Source of the DNA: Myxococcota bacterium
Lineage (GTDB): Bacteria; Myxococcota_A; UBA9160; UBA4427
Reading direction: 5' to 3'
DNA: 64,000 bases
Assembly: GCA_965250285.1 (NCBI GenBank)
Contig: OZ252299.1
Span: forward strand, 5,152,001 to 5,216,000
This document shows, piece by piece, positions 10,215 through 21,500 of the stretch. Position numbers and translations under genes: made by a program. Numbering within the stretch: the first letter of the stretch is position 1; every line of letters begins with the position of its first letter. The notes under the pieces are model-generated. The model did no database searches, was not told where the DNA came from, and saw nothing but the letters and a program-made list of their open reading frames with translations.

Positions 10215-10322
10215 GCACGCGCCGAGGAAGATCGGTGATCTGCGCGTCGGATCGCGCTAGAGAAACGGGGTCGGATCGCGCCATGCGGCTCGGCGGTCGA
10301 ACAGGCGGGGGGCGCTAGCGCG

Positions 10323-11904
<1,582 letters not shown>

Positions 11905-11950
11905 GCGATCGAGAGCCTCGGCGCGGCCCTCGAGGCCCGTGCGCGCCGGT

Positions 11951-12748
11951 CTAACTCCCAACGAACGGCGTCGCGACGAGACGAATCGCGACGAGCGTGA
12001 GCACCGATCGGTAGAGCCACGTGAACGTGCGCTCGTCGACGAGGTGCAGCACGCGACTGCCGGCCCACGTGCCGACGACCACGCACGCGCAGAGCAGGGC
12101 GAGCAGCCCGGCGAATGGGCCGAACGCGAAGCCGGCCAAGCCGAACACGATCACCTTCGCCACGTGGCCGAGTAACTGACAGGCCGCCTTCGTGCCGATC
12201 AGCTCGAAGCGCGTGAGATCCATGTTCAGGAAGAACGGCGCGATGAAGGGGCCGACGGCGCCGATGGTCACGTTGAGGAAGCCGGCGACGCTGCCGAGCA
12301 GCAGAAAGCGCAGGCGTGGGTTCGTGCGCTCGGGGTGCGTTCCGAACAGCAGCCAGCGACTGCGCCACGTCGCGACGAGCACGAACACCCCGATGGCGGT
12401 CTTGAGGGCGACGGGGTCGAGCTCGCGGGCGAAGGTCAAGCCGATCGCGGCGGCCGGCAGCAGCGGCAGGGCATAGAGCACGGCGAGATCGCGCTTCACG
12501 TGCGCGCGCTGGACGATCGTGCGCGAGCCGTTCGAGACCATCTGCACGACGCCGTGCAGCGGGATCGCCACGAGCGGATCGAGGAAGAGCAGCATCACGC
12601 CCAGCAGGGTGATGCCGCCGGCCATGCCGACGATGGCCGAGAGCATCGACGTGAGGAACGCCGCGACGACCAGGCTCGCGAAGGCGCCGATCGAGAGTGC
12701 GCCGCCGCCGAGCAGCCAGCCGAGCGCCTGGGCGCCGCTGTCGTCCAT
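11951..12748 (-). CDS. TauE/SafE-family sulfite exporter-like permease
   Basis: Hydrophobic, with GMAGG and IGAVGPF repeat halves; AGGAGG RBS. Confidence 0.85.
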   Translation of the reverse strand: MDDSGAQALGWLLGGGALSIGAFASLVVAAFLTSMLSAIVGMAGGITLLGVMLLFLDPLVAIPLHGVVQMVSNGSRTIVQRAHVKRDLAVLYALPLLPAAAIGLTFARELDPVALKTAIGVFVLVATWRSRWLLFGTHPERTNPRLRFLLLGSVAGFLNVTIGAVGPFIAPFFLNMDLTRFELIGTKAACQLLGHVAKVIVFGLAGFAFGPFAGLLALLCACVVVGTWAGSRVLHLVDERTFTWLYRSVLTLVAIRLVATPFVGS

Positions 12749-12887
12749 CGCCGCCCTCCTTGCTCGGCCCTGTCGCGCCGGGCCCGTTCGAATGCATCTC
12801 GACCCCGGGTGGGTGGGGCGTCGAGGCGCGCGATGAAGATCGTGTGCCGGTCGTGGCCCGGCGGTCGCGCCGCGGTATCTTAGATGG

Positions 12888-14201
12888 ATGGACAATGTGG
12901 ATCTACGTAGATCCGATGATCAATATCATGATTATCTGCCCGCCTCCGAGGCGGCGGACTATCTCGGGGTGAAGCTCGCCACGCTGTACGCCTACACGAG
13001 TCGCGGCCTCGTGCAGAGCGTGCCCGGGCCGAAGGGCCGTGCTCGCCTCTATCTCAAGCGTGATCTCGAGCGGTTGCGCGCCCGACGCGACGCGCGGGCG
13101 GGCCACGGGCCGGTGGCCGCGTCGGCCCTGCGGTTTGGCGAACCCGTTCTCGATTCTTCGATCACGGCGATCGCGTGGGATCGCGGCCCGATCTACCGCG
13201 GCATCCCCGCGATCGAGCTCGCCGAGAGCGACACCCCGTTCGAGGAGGTGGCCGAGCTGCTGTGGTCGGGCAACGCGCCCGACGACGATCAGGCTCACCG
13301 CACCTCGTATCTCTGGGCGGCGCTCGATTTCGGCATGCCGGCCGAACCGCTGCGCGCGCTGCTGCACGAGTCGCTGCCGGCGCTCACCGCGCTCACGCTG
13401 GTCGTGCCGCTGCTCGCGAGTCGCGATCCGGGGCGCTTCACGACGCGCCCCGAAGCCGTGTTGCCTCGGGCGCGCAGCCTGATCCGGCGCATGATCGCGT
13501 CGCTTGCGCTGTGTCGACCGGGCGTCGAAGTCGAGCAGGGCCTCGTCGAGGCGCTCGGGGCCGAGACCCTCGCGGCCGCGGTGCTCGCGGCGTTCGGGGC
13601 CGATCGCAGCGAAGGCGCGGTGCGTGCCGTGAATCGGGCGCTCGTGCTCGGCGCCGATCACGAGCTCAATGCCTCGACCTTTGCCGCGCGCGTCGCCGCG
13701 TCGACCGGGGCCGACGTGCACGCGTGCATCACCGCTGCGCTGGCCACGCTCTCGGGTCCGCGACACGGCGGCTCGGCCGATCGCATCGAGGCGCTGCTCG
13801 AAGAGATCTCGACCCCCGACGAAGCGATCGACGTCGTGTACGAGCGGCAGCGCCGCGGCGAGTCGATCGAAGGCTTTGGACATCCGCTCTACCCCGAAGG
13901 CGATCCGCGCGGTCGGGCCCTGCTCGAGCTCGCGCTCGCATTCGACCGGAACGACCCCGGACTCGAGAAGTGCCTCGCCCTCGTTCGCGGCATGGAGCAG
14001 AGCGGTCAGGGCGGGCCCACCGTCGATACCGGGCTGGTGGCGCTCTCGCTCGCGCTCGGGCTGCCTCGGGGTGCCGCCTCGGGCTTCTTCGCGGTGTCGC
14101 GCTGCGTGGGCTGGGTCGCGCACGTGATCGAGCAGTACGAGGCGGGCTATCTGCTGCGGCCCCGCGCGCGCTACCAGGCGCCCGATCGAGCTCCGGGCTG
14201 A
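12888..14201 (+). CDS. Citrate-synthase-family protein with N-terminal excisionase/MerR-like HTH
   Basis: EAADYLGVKLATLYAYTSRG HTH; ADHELNASTF, GPRHGG, GFGHPLY...DPR and TVD citrate synthase motifs. Confidence 0.9.
   Translation: MDNVDLRRSDDQYHDYLPASEAADYLGVKLATLYAYTSRGLVQSVPGPKGRARLYLKRDLERLRARRDARAGHGPVAASALRFGEPVLDSSITAIAWDRGPIYRGIPAIELAESDTPFEEVAELLWSGNAPDDDQAHRTSYLWAALDFGMPAEPLRALLHESLPALTALTLVVPLLASRDPGRFTTRPEAVLPRARSLIRRMIASLALCRPGVEVEQGLVEALGAETLAAAVLAAFGADRSEGAVRAVNRALVLGADHELNASTFAARVAASTGADVHACITAALATLSGPRHGGSADRIEALLEEISTPDEAIDVVYERQRRGESIEGFGHPLYPEGDPRGRALLELALAFDRNDPGLEKCLALVRGMEQSGQGGPTVDTGLVALSLALGLPRGAASGFFAVSRCVGWVAHVIEQYEAGYLLRPRARYQAPDRAPG
12899..12914. promoter_or_regulatory. 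Perfect 16-bp palindrome (candidate operator)
   Basis: GGATCTACGTAGATCC equals its own reverse complement; it lies in an AT-rich patch at the start of the HTH-citrate synthase gene, divergent from TauE. Confidence 0.45.
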
Positions 14202-14253
14202 GATCGGCACACCGCCGACCCCGGGGCGCCCGTCGAGCGACGCCGAGAAACCG

Positions 14254-14280
14254 GGAACCGGGTCGGACGAGGTGGCGTCT
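14254..14280 (+). promoter_or_regulatory. ECF-sigma-type promoter
   Basis: GGAAC (14254-58), 17-nt spacer, CGTCT (14276-80); matches the general ECF -35 AAC / -10 CGT pattern. Confidence 0.55.
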
Positions 14281-14286
14281 CTCTAT

Positions 14287-14404
14287 ACGGAAGTGCCGCA
14301 AACTTCCTCTTTCCCTGGTTGGATCAAAGTGACTCGGCGAGAGCCGAGTCGAACGAGTCGCCGCCCGAAGGAGCCTTCTCCTCTCCTTCGGGCGGTTCTC
14401 GTTT
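14287..14404 (+). ncRNA. Candidate small regulatory RNA (three stem-loops)
   Basis: SL1 GGAAGT/ACTTCC; SL2 GACTCGGC-GAGA-GCCGAGTC; SL3 perfect 13-bp stem CCGCCCGAAGGAG/CTCCTTCGGGCGG then TTCTCGTTT; directly downstream of an ECF-like promoter. Confidence 0.55.
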
Positions 14405-14697
14405 CGGGGCCCGCTCCCACGCACTGCGCTGCATGTGCCCTGCGAGCGGGCTGCGCTGGGCCTGCGTGAGGCGGTGCCGCGGGCGCCCACAGCGGGTCTC
14501 ACCCGCTCGAGGCGGCGCCGCACCAGCCGGCGTCATAGAATCGCCGGCCGGCGACCGCCGCCCGACCCTCTGCGCGCGACGCACCCGGCCGACACGCAAC
14601 GCACCGCGCCGGGTACTCACGATGGGGCCGCGTGGCCGCCGAGTCGTGACCCGGACCCGTCTCGAGGGGGCCGCAGGGTCGCCGAGAGGATCATTCG

Positions 14698-16293
14698 TTG
14701 GCGGAGTCGACCGACATCCAGAACGTGCCGTCGGGCCAGGGCCGGCTTGCGCGCCTGCTGTCGCGCCGCGAGACCTGGCTCGGGCTGGCCGCGCTCGCGC
14801 TGGTCGCCTGGGCGTACGCCGATCTGCTCGGCCTCGGGAAGCGCTACGGCTTCGCCAAGGGCGTCGAGTACTGGCTCTTCAAGCCGTCGGACAGTGCGCC
14901 GCTCGTCATCATCTTGATTTCGGCTTGGCTCTTCTATCGGCGCAGCCCGCGCGTGCGCTCGCTCTCGATGGCGTCGGGCGCGCCGCTGCTCGCCCTGCCC
15001 TTCTATCTCGTCTGCGTCGCGACCTACGGGTGGGCCGTCTACACCGGCTCGCTCGACATGCGCGTGCTCTCGTTCACTTCGCTGCTCTTCGGCACGCTCG
15101 CGCTCTTCTGGGGTCGACCCGGGATCAGCGCATTGTGGTTGCCGGCGGCCTTCATGCTCTTCGCGTTGCGCATCCCCGCTGCGCTTCAGCTCTCGATGCT
15201 CTACGAGCTGCAGATGTGGACGGCGAAGTATGCGGGCTGGCTGCTCTACTCGATCGGCGAGACCGCGTTCGTCAGCGGTGACCAGATCATTCGCGCGAAT
15301 CAGAAGTTTCAGGTCGTCGAGGGCTGCAGCGGCATGCGCTCGCTCGAGACGCTGACGATGCTGACGATCCTCATGGCCGACCTGTTCGGCCGCCGCGGCC
15401 GGCACGCGCTGCTGCTCGTGTGTTCTGCGCCCATCGTCGCCTTTGCGCTGAACGGCGTGCGCGTGCTCACGATCGTGTTGAACCCGCACTCGGACATCGC
15501 GACGATCCACAACGCGCAGGGCATCGCCGTGCTGATGTTCGGTCTGCTCATCATCTACGGCTTCGACGAGGTGCTCGAGCGCGCGCTGCCCGCTTCGGCG
15601 AACCCGCCCTTCAAGGCGAAGCGCGCCGCGGGCGAGCCGCGCGCGGGCGCTGCGTTCATCGGGCTCGGTGTGACCGCGGGGCTGGCTTGCGTGCTGCTCG
15701 CGATCGCTCGCTTCGGCCCGGTGTGGGAGCCGCCGAGAGCGAGCGGACCGCGCGTGTTCGAGTCGGTCAGCGCCGCGCTCGCCCCCTGGCCTTCGCAGAA
15801 GCTCCAGACCGACTACAACTTTCTCGGGAGCGCACGCTTCGATCAGCACTTCCACCACGCCTACCAATTGGAAGAAGGCATCGTCGAAGTGTTCGTCGTG
15901 AAGGGCAGTCAGCACGAGGTGGGTTCGAGCGCGTTGTCGCCGATGACGATCCATCCGGCGAGTGGGTTCGAAGAGATCGAACGACTCGATGACGTCGAGC
16001 TCGATGGCCTGCCGTCGATGTCGGCCCGCATCATGCGGCGCGACAAGCGGGAGGTGCTCGTCTGGCACGCCTGGATCGGACGCGACGGCCTCGCGAGCGA
16101 GACCCTGCGTGGTGTCCTCGCCCTCGAGCGCAGCCCACTGCGTCGGCCGACCTCGCCGGTGATCGTCCGCATCAGCACCGAAATCGTCGGCAGTGGGCCC
16201 GAGGCGCGTGATGCGGCCGTGAAGAAACTGGGACGGGTCCGTGACCAACTCGCGCCGGCGCTGAAGCGACTTGCGGGCGTTGGCGACGGTTAG
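14698..16293 (+). CDS. Exosortase fused to EpsI-like periplasmic domain
   Basis: Multi-TM N-terminus with Cys-Arg-His triad motifs (VVEGCSGMRS, NGVRV, IHNAQG); soluble C-terminal domain; PEP-CTERM genes nearby. Confidence 0.9.
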   Translation: MAESTDIQNVPSGQGRLARLLSRRETWLGLAALALVAWAYADLLGLGKRYGFAKGVEYWLFKPSDSAPLVIILISAWLFYRRSPRVRSLSMASGAPLLALPFYLVCVATYGWAVYTGSLDMRVLSFTSLLFGTLALFWGRPGISALWLPAAFMLFALRIPAALQLSMLYELQMWTAKYAGWLLYSIGETAFVSGDQIIRANQKFQVVEGCSGMRSLETLTMLTILMADLFGRRGRHALLLVCSAPIVAFALNGVRVLTIVLNPHSDIATIHNAQGIAVLMFGLLIIYGFDEVLERALPASANPPFKAKRAAGEPRAGAAFIGLGVTAGLACVLLAIARFGPVWEPPRASGPRVFESVSAALAPWPSQKLQTDYNFLGSARFDQHFHHAYQLEEGIVEVFVVKGSQHEVGSSALSPMTIHPASGFEEIERLDDVELDGLPSMSARIMRRDKREVLVWHAWIGRDGLASETLRGVLALERSPLRRPTSPVIVRISTEIVGSGPEARDAAVKKLGRVRDQLAPALKRLAGVGDG

Positions 16294-16375
16294 GGAACAG
16301 TTTTTCCCATTCTGGGCAGCGTCTGCGCCGAAATCGGCTTGCCCGTTTCTCGTCCTGAAACAGCGAAGTCTTTCT

Positions 16376-16389
16376 ATTTCAATCACTTA
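16376..16389 (+). promoter_or_regulatory. IHF-like binding site
   Basis: ATTTCAATCACTTA resembles WATCAANNNNTTR, in an AT-rich patch just upstream of a sigma54 motif. Confidence 0.45.
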
Positions 16390-16405
16390 CGAGGCATGTT
16401 TCAAA

Positions 16406-16421
16406 CGGTACGTCGCTTGCA
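16406..16421 (+). promoter_or_regulatory. Sigma54 (-24/-12) promoter
   Basis: CGGTACGTCGCTTGCA has exact GG-N10-GC spacing with TTGCA. Confidence 0.6.
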
Positions 16422-16494
16422 ATCTTACCCGGCGAAGCGCTGGAGTCCCCCGGGGCGTGCGCTTTCTGTCACTCGAGCAAGGGTCATTAAAGGT

Positions 16495-16524
16495 TTGACT
16501 GCCGAGTTTCGGCCCGAGTAGAAT
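16495..16524 (+). promoter_or_regulatory. Sigma70-like promoter
   Basis: TTGACT-N18-TAGAAT, 75 bp upstream of the ATG at 16600. Confidence 0.5.
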
Positions 16525-16599
16525 GCCGAACTGTTGCCGTCCGACATTCGATTCATACGCACCATCGGCCGGTCTCAAATCCCAAGGAGAAGACGAATC

Positions 16600-17040
16600 A
16601 TGAAGTTCAACCTGCTCGCTCTCGCGTGCGCTCTGGCGGTGGCCTTCGGCCTCTCGATGGGCTCGTTCGCGGGCTCGATCGATGATGCCGATTCGGATGG
16701 CATCCCCGACAACTACGACAACTGCGAGATCGCGGCGAACGGTCCGCTCGGTGCCGGTTCTGGCTCGTGCTTCACGAACCAGGACGGTGACGAAGACGGC
16801 TTCGGGAACACCTGCGACTACGACTTCAACAACGACGGCGCGACGGGCGTGGATGACCTCTCGTACATCCTCGCGAACATCGGCAGCACCGAGGCGCAGC
16901 TCGACCTGAACTGCGACGGCGCGGCTGGTGTGGATGACCTGTCGACGGTTCTCGCGAACATCGGTTCGGTTCCCGGTCCCTCGGGCCTGCCGTGCGCGGA
17001 TCCCTCGCCCGCCGGCAAGGGCACCTGCCCGCCGCTCTGA
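16600..17040 (+). CDS. Secreted thrombospondin-type-3-repeat + dockerin-like Ca2+-binding protein
   Basis: AAGGAGA RBS; signal peptide; DADSDGIPDNYDNC and DGDEDGFGNTCD (TSP3); duplicated DFNNDGATGVDDLSYILANIG / DLNCDGAAGVDDLSTVLANIG; PGPSGLPC tail. Confidence 0.8.
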   Translation: MKFNLLALACALAVAFGLSMGSFAGSIDDADSDGIPDNYDNCEIAANGPLGAGSGSCFTNQDGDEDGFGNTCDYDFNNDGATGVDDLSYILANIGSTEAQLDLNCDGAAGVDDLSTVLANIGSVPGPSGLPCADPSPAGKGTCPPL

Positions 17041-17185
17041 TCCACCGAGCGGTTCACGCAACGTTCTCCGGCTGATTCGATGGCCGGGAAGAAAAGGTGC
17101 AATCACGACATCGAAGCGTGCGGCAAGTGAGCAAGACCGTTTCACCGTCGTGTGAGCAAAAACGAGCTAACAAGGAGAAAGTTGG

Positions 17186-17809
17186 ATGCGGCTTCTGAAG
17201 ATCAACCTTCTCGCGGCAGCGCTGGTTCTGTTCAGCGTTGGTTTCGCGAGTGCGTCGTCGATCACGTTGGTTCCGACCACGGGGACGACGATCAACCCGG
17301 GTGAGAGCGTCAGCTTCGACATCATCCTCGATGCGAACGAGCCCGGTCTCATCACCTTCGGTGTGGGCACCTGGTTCAACCCGGATGTTCTGAGCTACGA
17401 CCCCGGCAACTCGGCGGCCACCTCGTACATCCTGTACACGGGCGGCAAGGGCGCTACCTACCTCGTGCCCGAGTCGGATCCGTGGGCCACGTGGGCCGGC
17501 TTCGTGCCCCCGGGCCTCGAGCAGGTCAACATCGTGTTCATCGAGAACAGCCTCTCGGCTGCTCCCGCGACGGGCACGGGCATCCTGCTCGGCAACATCA
17601 GCTTCGTCGGGAACAACCCGGGCATCACCCAGGTTGAGCTCAACTTCGTCGACGCTGGTGGCACGATCTACAACGTGAACGGCGAAGACCTCGAGGCTTC
17701 GGTGGGCGTGAACTCCATCGAAGTTGTGGTCATTCCCGAGCCCACCACGGCGCTGCTCGTGGGCCTCGGCATGGTCGGCCTCGGTGTCGCAGGTCGCCGC
17801 CGAGCCTGA
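17186..17809 (+). CDS. PEP-CTERM protein, cohesin-like domain (paralog 1)
   Basis: Signal peptide; beta-rich domain (PGESVSFDIILD...FNPDVLSY...LLGNISF); YILYTGGKGATYL; IPEP-TM-RRRA tail. Confidence 0.9.
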   Translation: MRLLKINLLAAALVLFSVGFASASSITLVPTTGTTINPGESVSFDIILDANEPGLITFGVGTWFNPDVLSYDPGNSAATSYILYTGGKGATYLVPESDPWATWAGFVPPGLEQVNIVFIENSLSAAPATGTGILLGNISFVGNNPGITQVELNFVDAGGTIYNVNGEDLEASVGVNSIEVVVIPEPTTALLVGLGMVGLGVAGRRRA

Positions 17810-17850
17810 TTCAGGCCCGGCAGCATCTGCACGCTGCGAGCAAGTCAAAG

Positions 17851-17886
17851 AACGCCCCGGACCTCGGTCCGGGGCGTTTCTTTTTT
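17851..17886 (+). terminator. Rho-independent terminator
   Basis: AACGCCCCGGAC-CTCG-GTCCGGGGCGTT stem followed by TCTTTTTT. Confidence 0.9.
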
Positions 17887-17965
17887 CGGGCTTCGCCCCA
17901 CCGGTTGCGGCACCGGATGGTACTTTGCCGCTGACGTTTCGAAGACCCACACGGAGAATCCCCGC

Positions 17966-18508
17966 ATGAAGCGCCCCGCCGTCGTGATCCGCCTGATCGG
18001 TCTGCTGGCCGCCGCCTCGCTCGTGAGCGTCGGCTGCGGGGGCGGCGACGAAGCTCTCCCCGACTCGGCCGATCGCGCCCGGCCGGCCGAATCGAAGCCG
18101 ATGGCCGAGGCGACGCCCGAGCCCGCGAAGCCGCCGCAGGCGAGCACGACGCCCTCGCCGACCGCAGGCGCCGCCATCGCCGAGCAGCTGAGTGAGACGA
18201 TCGAGCTGCCCGATTACTACCCGGCGGACGGCCCGGTGTACCCCGATGCCAAGCCGAGCAAGGCGCAGCAGACGCCCGCCGGCCGCGTGAGCATCGTGTT
18301 CGGCACCGACGACAGCGTCGAAGACGCCTCGCGCACGATGACCGGCGAGGCCGAGTCGAAGGGCTGGTCGATCGACTCCGAGGACGAGATCGAGCGTGGC
18401 TTCTTGACCCGAGCCTCGAAGGACGGGCGCGCGCTGATGATCCTCACCAATCGGATGGATGACGGCGATGACTCGGTCACGCTCGTCGCTGTGAGTGTCG
18501 ACCCCTGA
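17966..18508 (+). CDS. Hypothetical lipoprotein
   Basis: Lipobox (VSVGC), Pro/Ala-rich linker, LPDYYPADGPVYPDA domain. Confidence 0.75.
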   Translation: MKRPAVVIRLIGLLAAASLVSVGCGGGDEALPDSADRARPAESKPMAEATPEPAKPPQASTTPSPTAGAAIAEQLSETIELPDYYPADGPVYPDAKPSKAQQTPAGRVSIVFGTDDSVEDASRTMTGEAESKGWSIDSEDEIERGFLTRASKDGRALMILTNRMDDGDDSVTLVAVSVDP

Positions 18509-21500
18509 TCTCGCGGTCGCGCGGCGCTCGCGGCGCGCCGGTCGTTCGAGTGGCACCGCCTTCTGGATGATCCTGCTCGTCGTGGCCGCCTCGACGGCCC
18601 GCGCGAGTGAACCCGAGAGCATCATCGTTCGCTACGCAGGCGACGGACCCCACGCCGTCGAGGCGTGTGGCGTCGCGCTGCAGCAGCTCGGAAGCCACGA
18701 ACCGTACACGCGCGATCGGTCGTCGTCGCTCGATTCGCTGCATGAACGCTTCGACGTGCGCCGTGTTCGCGCGCTCGTCGGCGGCGGCGCCCGAGCCGAA
18801 GCGGGGCTGACCGGACGTCGGCGCGAGCTGCGGCGCCGGATCGAGCGCGCCTGGGGGCGTGCACAGCTGCGAGCACCGACGCGTCCGCGCTCTGGGCGCG
18901 CCAGCGGCCCGGGCGGCGTGCCTGCCGCCCGTCCGATTCACGGCATGCCGGCGCCCATGGCGCGCAGCGCCGACGCGCTGGCGCACGTCTATCGGATCGA
19001 GCTCGGTCCCGGGGTCTCGGCGCGAGAGGCCGCGCGTGCCTACGCGGCCGATCCCCACGTCGCATGGGCGCAGATCGACTTCGCGCGCGCGCTCGATCAG
19101 TTCGCCGGCCCGCCGCCGCCCTGGCCGGACCCGTTCGTCTCGAGCAGCGGAAGCTGGGGCCAACCCTACGCCGATCTGTGGGGCTTCCATCGCATCGGAG
19201 CGGGCGAGGCGCACTCGACATCGAGAGGCGAGGGCGTGGTCGTGGCCGTGGTCGATTCGGGCCTCGATCTCGACCATCCCGACATCGCGCGAAACGTCTT
19301 CGTGCATCCTGGCGAGGATCTGAACGGCAACGGGATCGCCGACCCCGAAGAGTGGAACGGCGTCGATGACGATGGCAACGGCTACATCGACGACCTCGTG
19401 GGCTTCGACTTTGCGAACTCGATCGATGCGAACGGCGACGGCGACTACGTCGATGCAGACGACGTGAACGACGCCGACCCGTTCGATGACCGCGGCCATG
19501 GATCGCATGTCGCCGGCATCATCGGGGCCGTCGCGAACAACGGTGAGGGCATCGCGGGCGTGGCGCCGGGCGCTCGAATCATGCCGCTCAAGGGCTTCAA
19601 GGCCGATGGCGAGAACAGCGACGCGCTGCTCTGGCGCGCGGTCCTCTACGCCGCGCTGAACGGCGCGCAGGTCGTGAACAACAGCTGGTCGTGTGCGCTG
19701 CCGTGCCCCCGGAACCCGCTCGCCGAGGAGGTCGTCGAGCTGGTGCACGGGCTCGGCGTCACGATCGTCACGTCGGCCGGCAATCGATCGCGTGACGCGG
19801 CGGTCTTCAGACCCGAGAACATGTGGCAGACACTCACGGTCGGATCGTCGACCGTCGACGACGAGCCGTCGACATCGTTCACGAATCAGGGCTTCGTGGT
19901 CGATGTGCTCGCACCGGGGGGAGGGCCACCGATCGTCGCCGGTGTGAACGTCGCCCGGCGCAACATCCTCTCGCTGCGCTCGAGCGGCGGCAACCCGAAC
20001 GACGAAGTCTTCGAGGTGAGTGACGACTACCTCCGCATGTCGGGAACATCGATGTCTGCGCCCCAGGTCGCGGGCGTCGCGGCCCTGCTCTACGCGCAGA
20101 GGCCTGGGATCGGTCCCGATGCGGTGCGGCGCATCATTCGCCGCACGGCCCTCGATCTGGGCGACCCCGGCCACGACTGGGAGACCGGCGCCGGTCGACT
20201 CGACGCCGCACGCGCGGTCGCCGAGCCCGAGGCGCCCGACTGGGTCGTGCGCGTGACCTCGCCCCGCGTCGCCACATGGATCGATCCCCGCGAAGGCCGA
20301 CTCGAGGTGCGCGGCACGGCCCGTGGGCCCGACTTCGCGCGGGTCGAGGTCTCGGTCGGCGAGGGCGTTCGCCCCGAGTCGTGGCAGCTGATCGTCTCGT
20401 CGACGACGCCCGTCGATGCGGGTGTGCTCGCCGAGTGGCGCCTCGAGCCCGAGATCGCGGGCGCCTGGGTGATCCGGGTCGAGGCGGTGAGCCGGCAGGG
20501 GGTGCGGGCGCGCGAGTTCATCCCCGTGAGCTTCGACCGGTTGTCGCCGCAGATCCTCTCGAGCGAGGGGCCACCGGCCGAGCGGCCGGCGATTCATGGT
20601 CGGCGGGTCGTGTGGCAGAGCCGTCGGGGCGAGACCGAGGATCGATTCGGGCGGCTCGACTACGACCTCTTCGAGGGCGCCTTCGGGCGCGAACTCGAGC
20701 GTCGCCTGGTCGGCGGCCCCGGCGATCAGCGAGACGTCGACGTTTCGGCCAGTCGACGCGGTCGCACCTACGCCTGGCTCACGCAACTCGACCTCGACGC
20801 GCCTCCGCGCGCGCGCGCATGTCACGTGGCCAGGGGGCAGGACCGCACGTGCCTCGGCGTCGATCTCGGCGGCGATCGCGGACAGACCCAGCCTCCGGTG
20901 GCGATGCGCGACGGGGTGTACTGGCTCGACCCGTTGCCGGGACAATCGAGTCGCTTCGATCTCACGACCTGCCGGTTCGATACGCCCGGGGGCGTGTGTG
21001 CGCCGACCCCGACCGGCCTCGCGCCAGAGCGCCGCGGCTTCGTGGAGGGCGACGGCCGCGGCACGCTGTCGTGGAACGCGCTCGACGACGGCCTGCGCAT
21101 CGCCACCTGCGAGGTCGATGGCGCGGGTCGCTGTGACGAGGTGCGGTTGCCGGCCGGCGAGCGCGCCTTCACGCGACCGGCCGCGTCGCGTGGCCTCGTC
21201 GCGTGGGTCGCCGCCCGGTTCTTCGGCGACCGGCCACTGCGGGCCTGTGTGCCCGATGAAGTCGGTGCCTGCGAGCCCATCGACATCCTGCCCCACGCCG
21301 AAGACGACCGGGTGCGCGTTTCGGGCGATCTCGTCGTGTGGGACGGGCACGTCGACGACCAGGCGAGCGATGTCTTCTTCTGCGAGTTCGATCGGCTCCG
21401 CGGCCGCTGCCCTGTTCAGCGCCTCACGAGCGAGGGATCGAAGCAGGATCAATCGGACGTCGATGGGCGGCGAATCGTCTGGGTCGATGAGCGACTCGGT

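Noticed and set aside
19310..19490. Asp-rich DxNGxG loops in the subtilase as a dockerin
   Set aside because: They lie inside the catalytic domain between the Asp and His motifs, where Ca-binding insertions are common in S8 proteases, and lack the loop-helix duplication.
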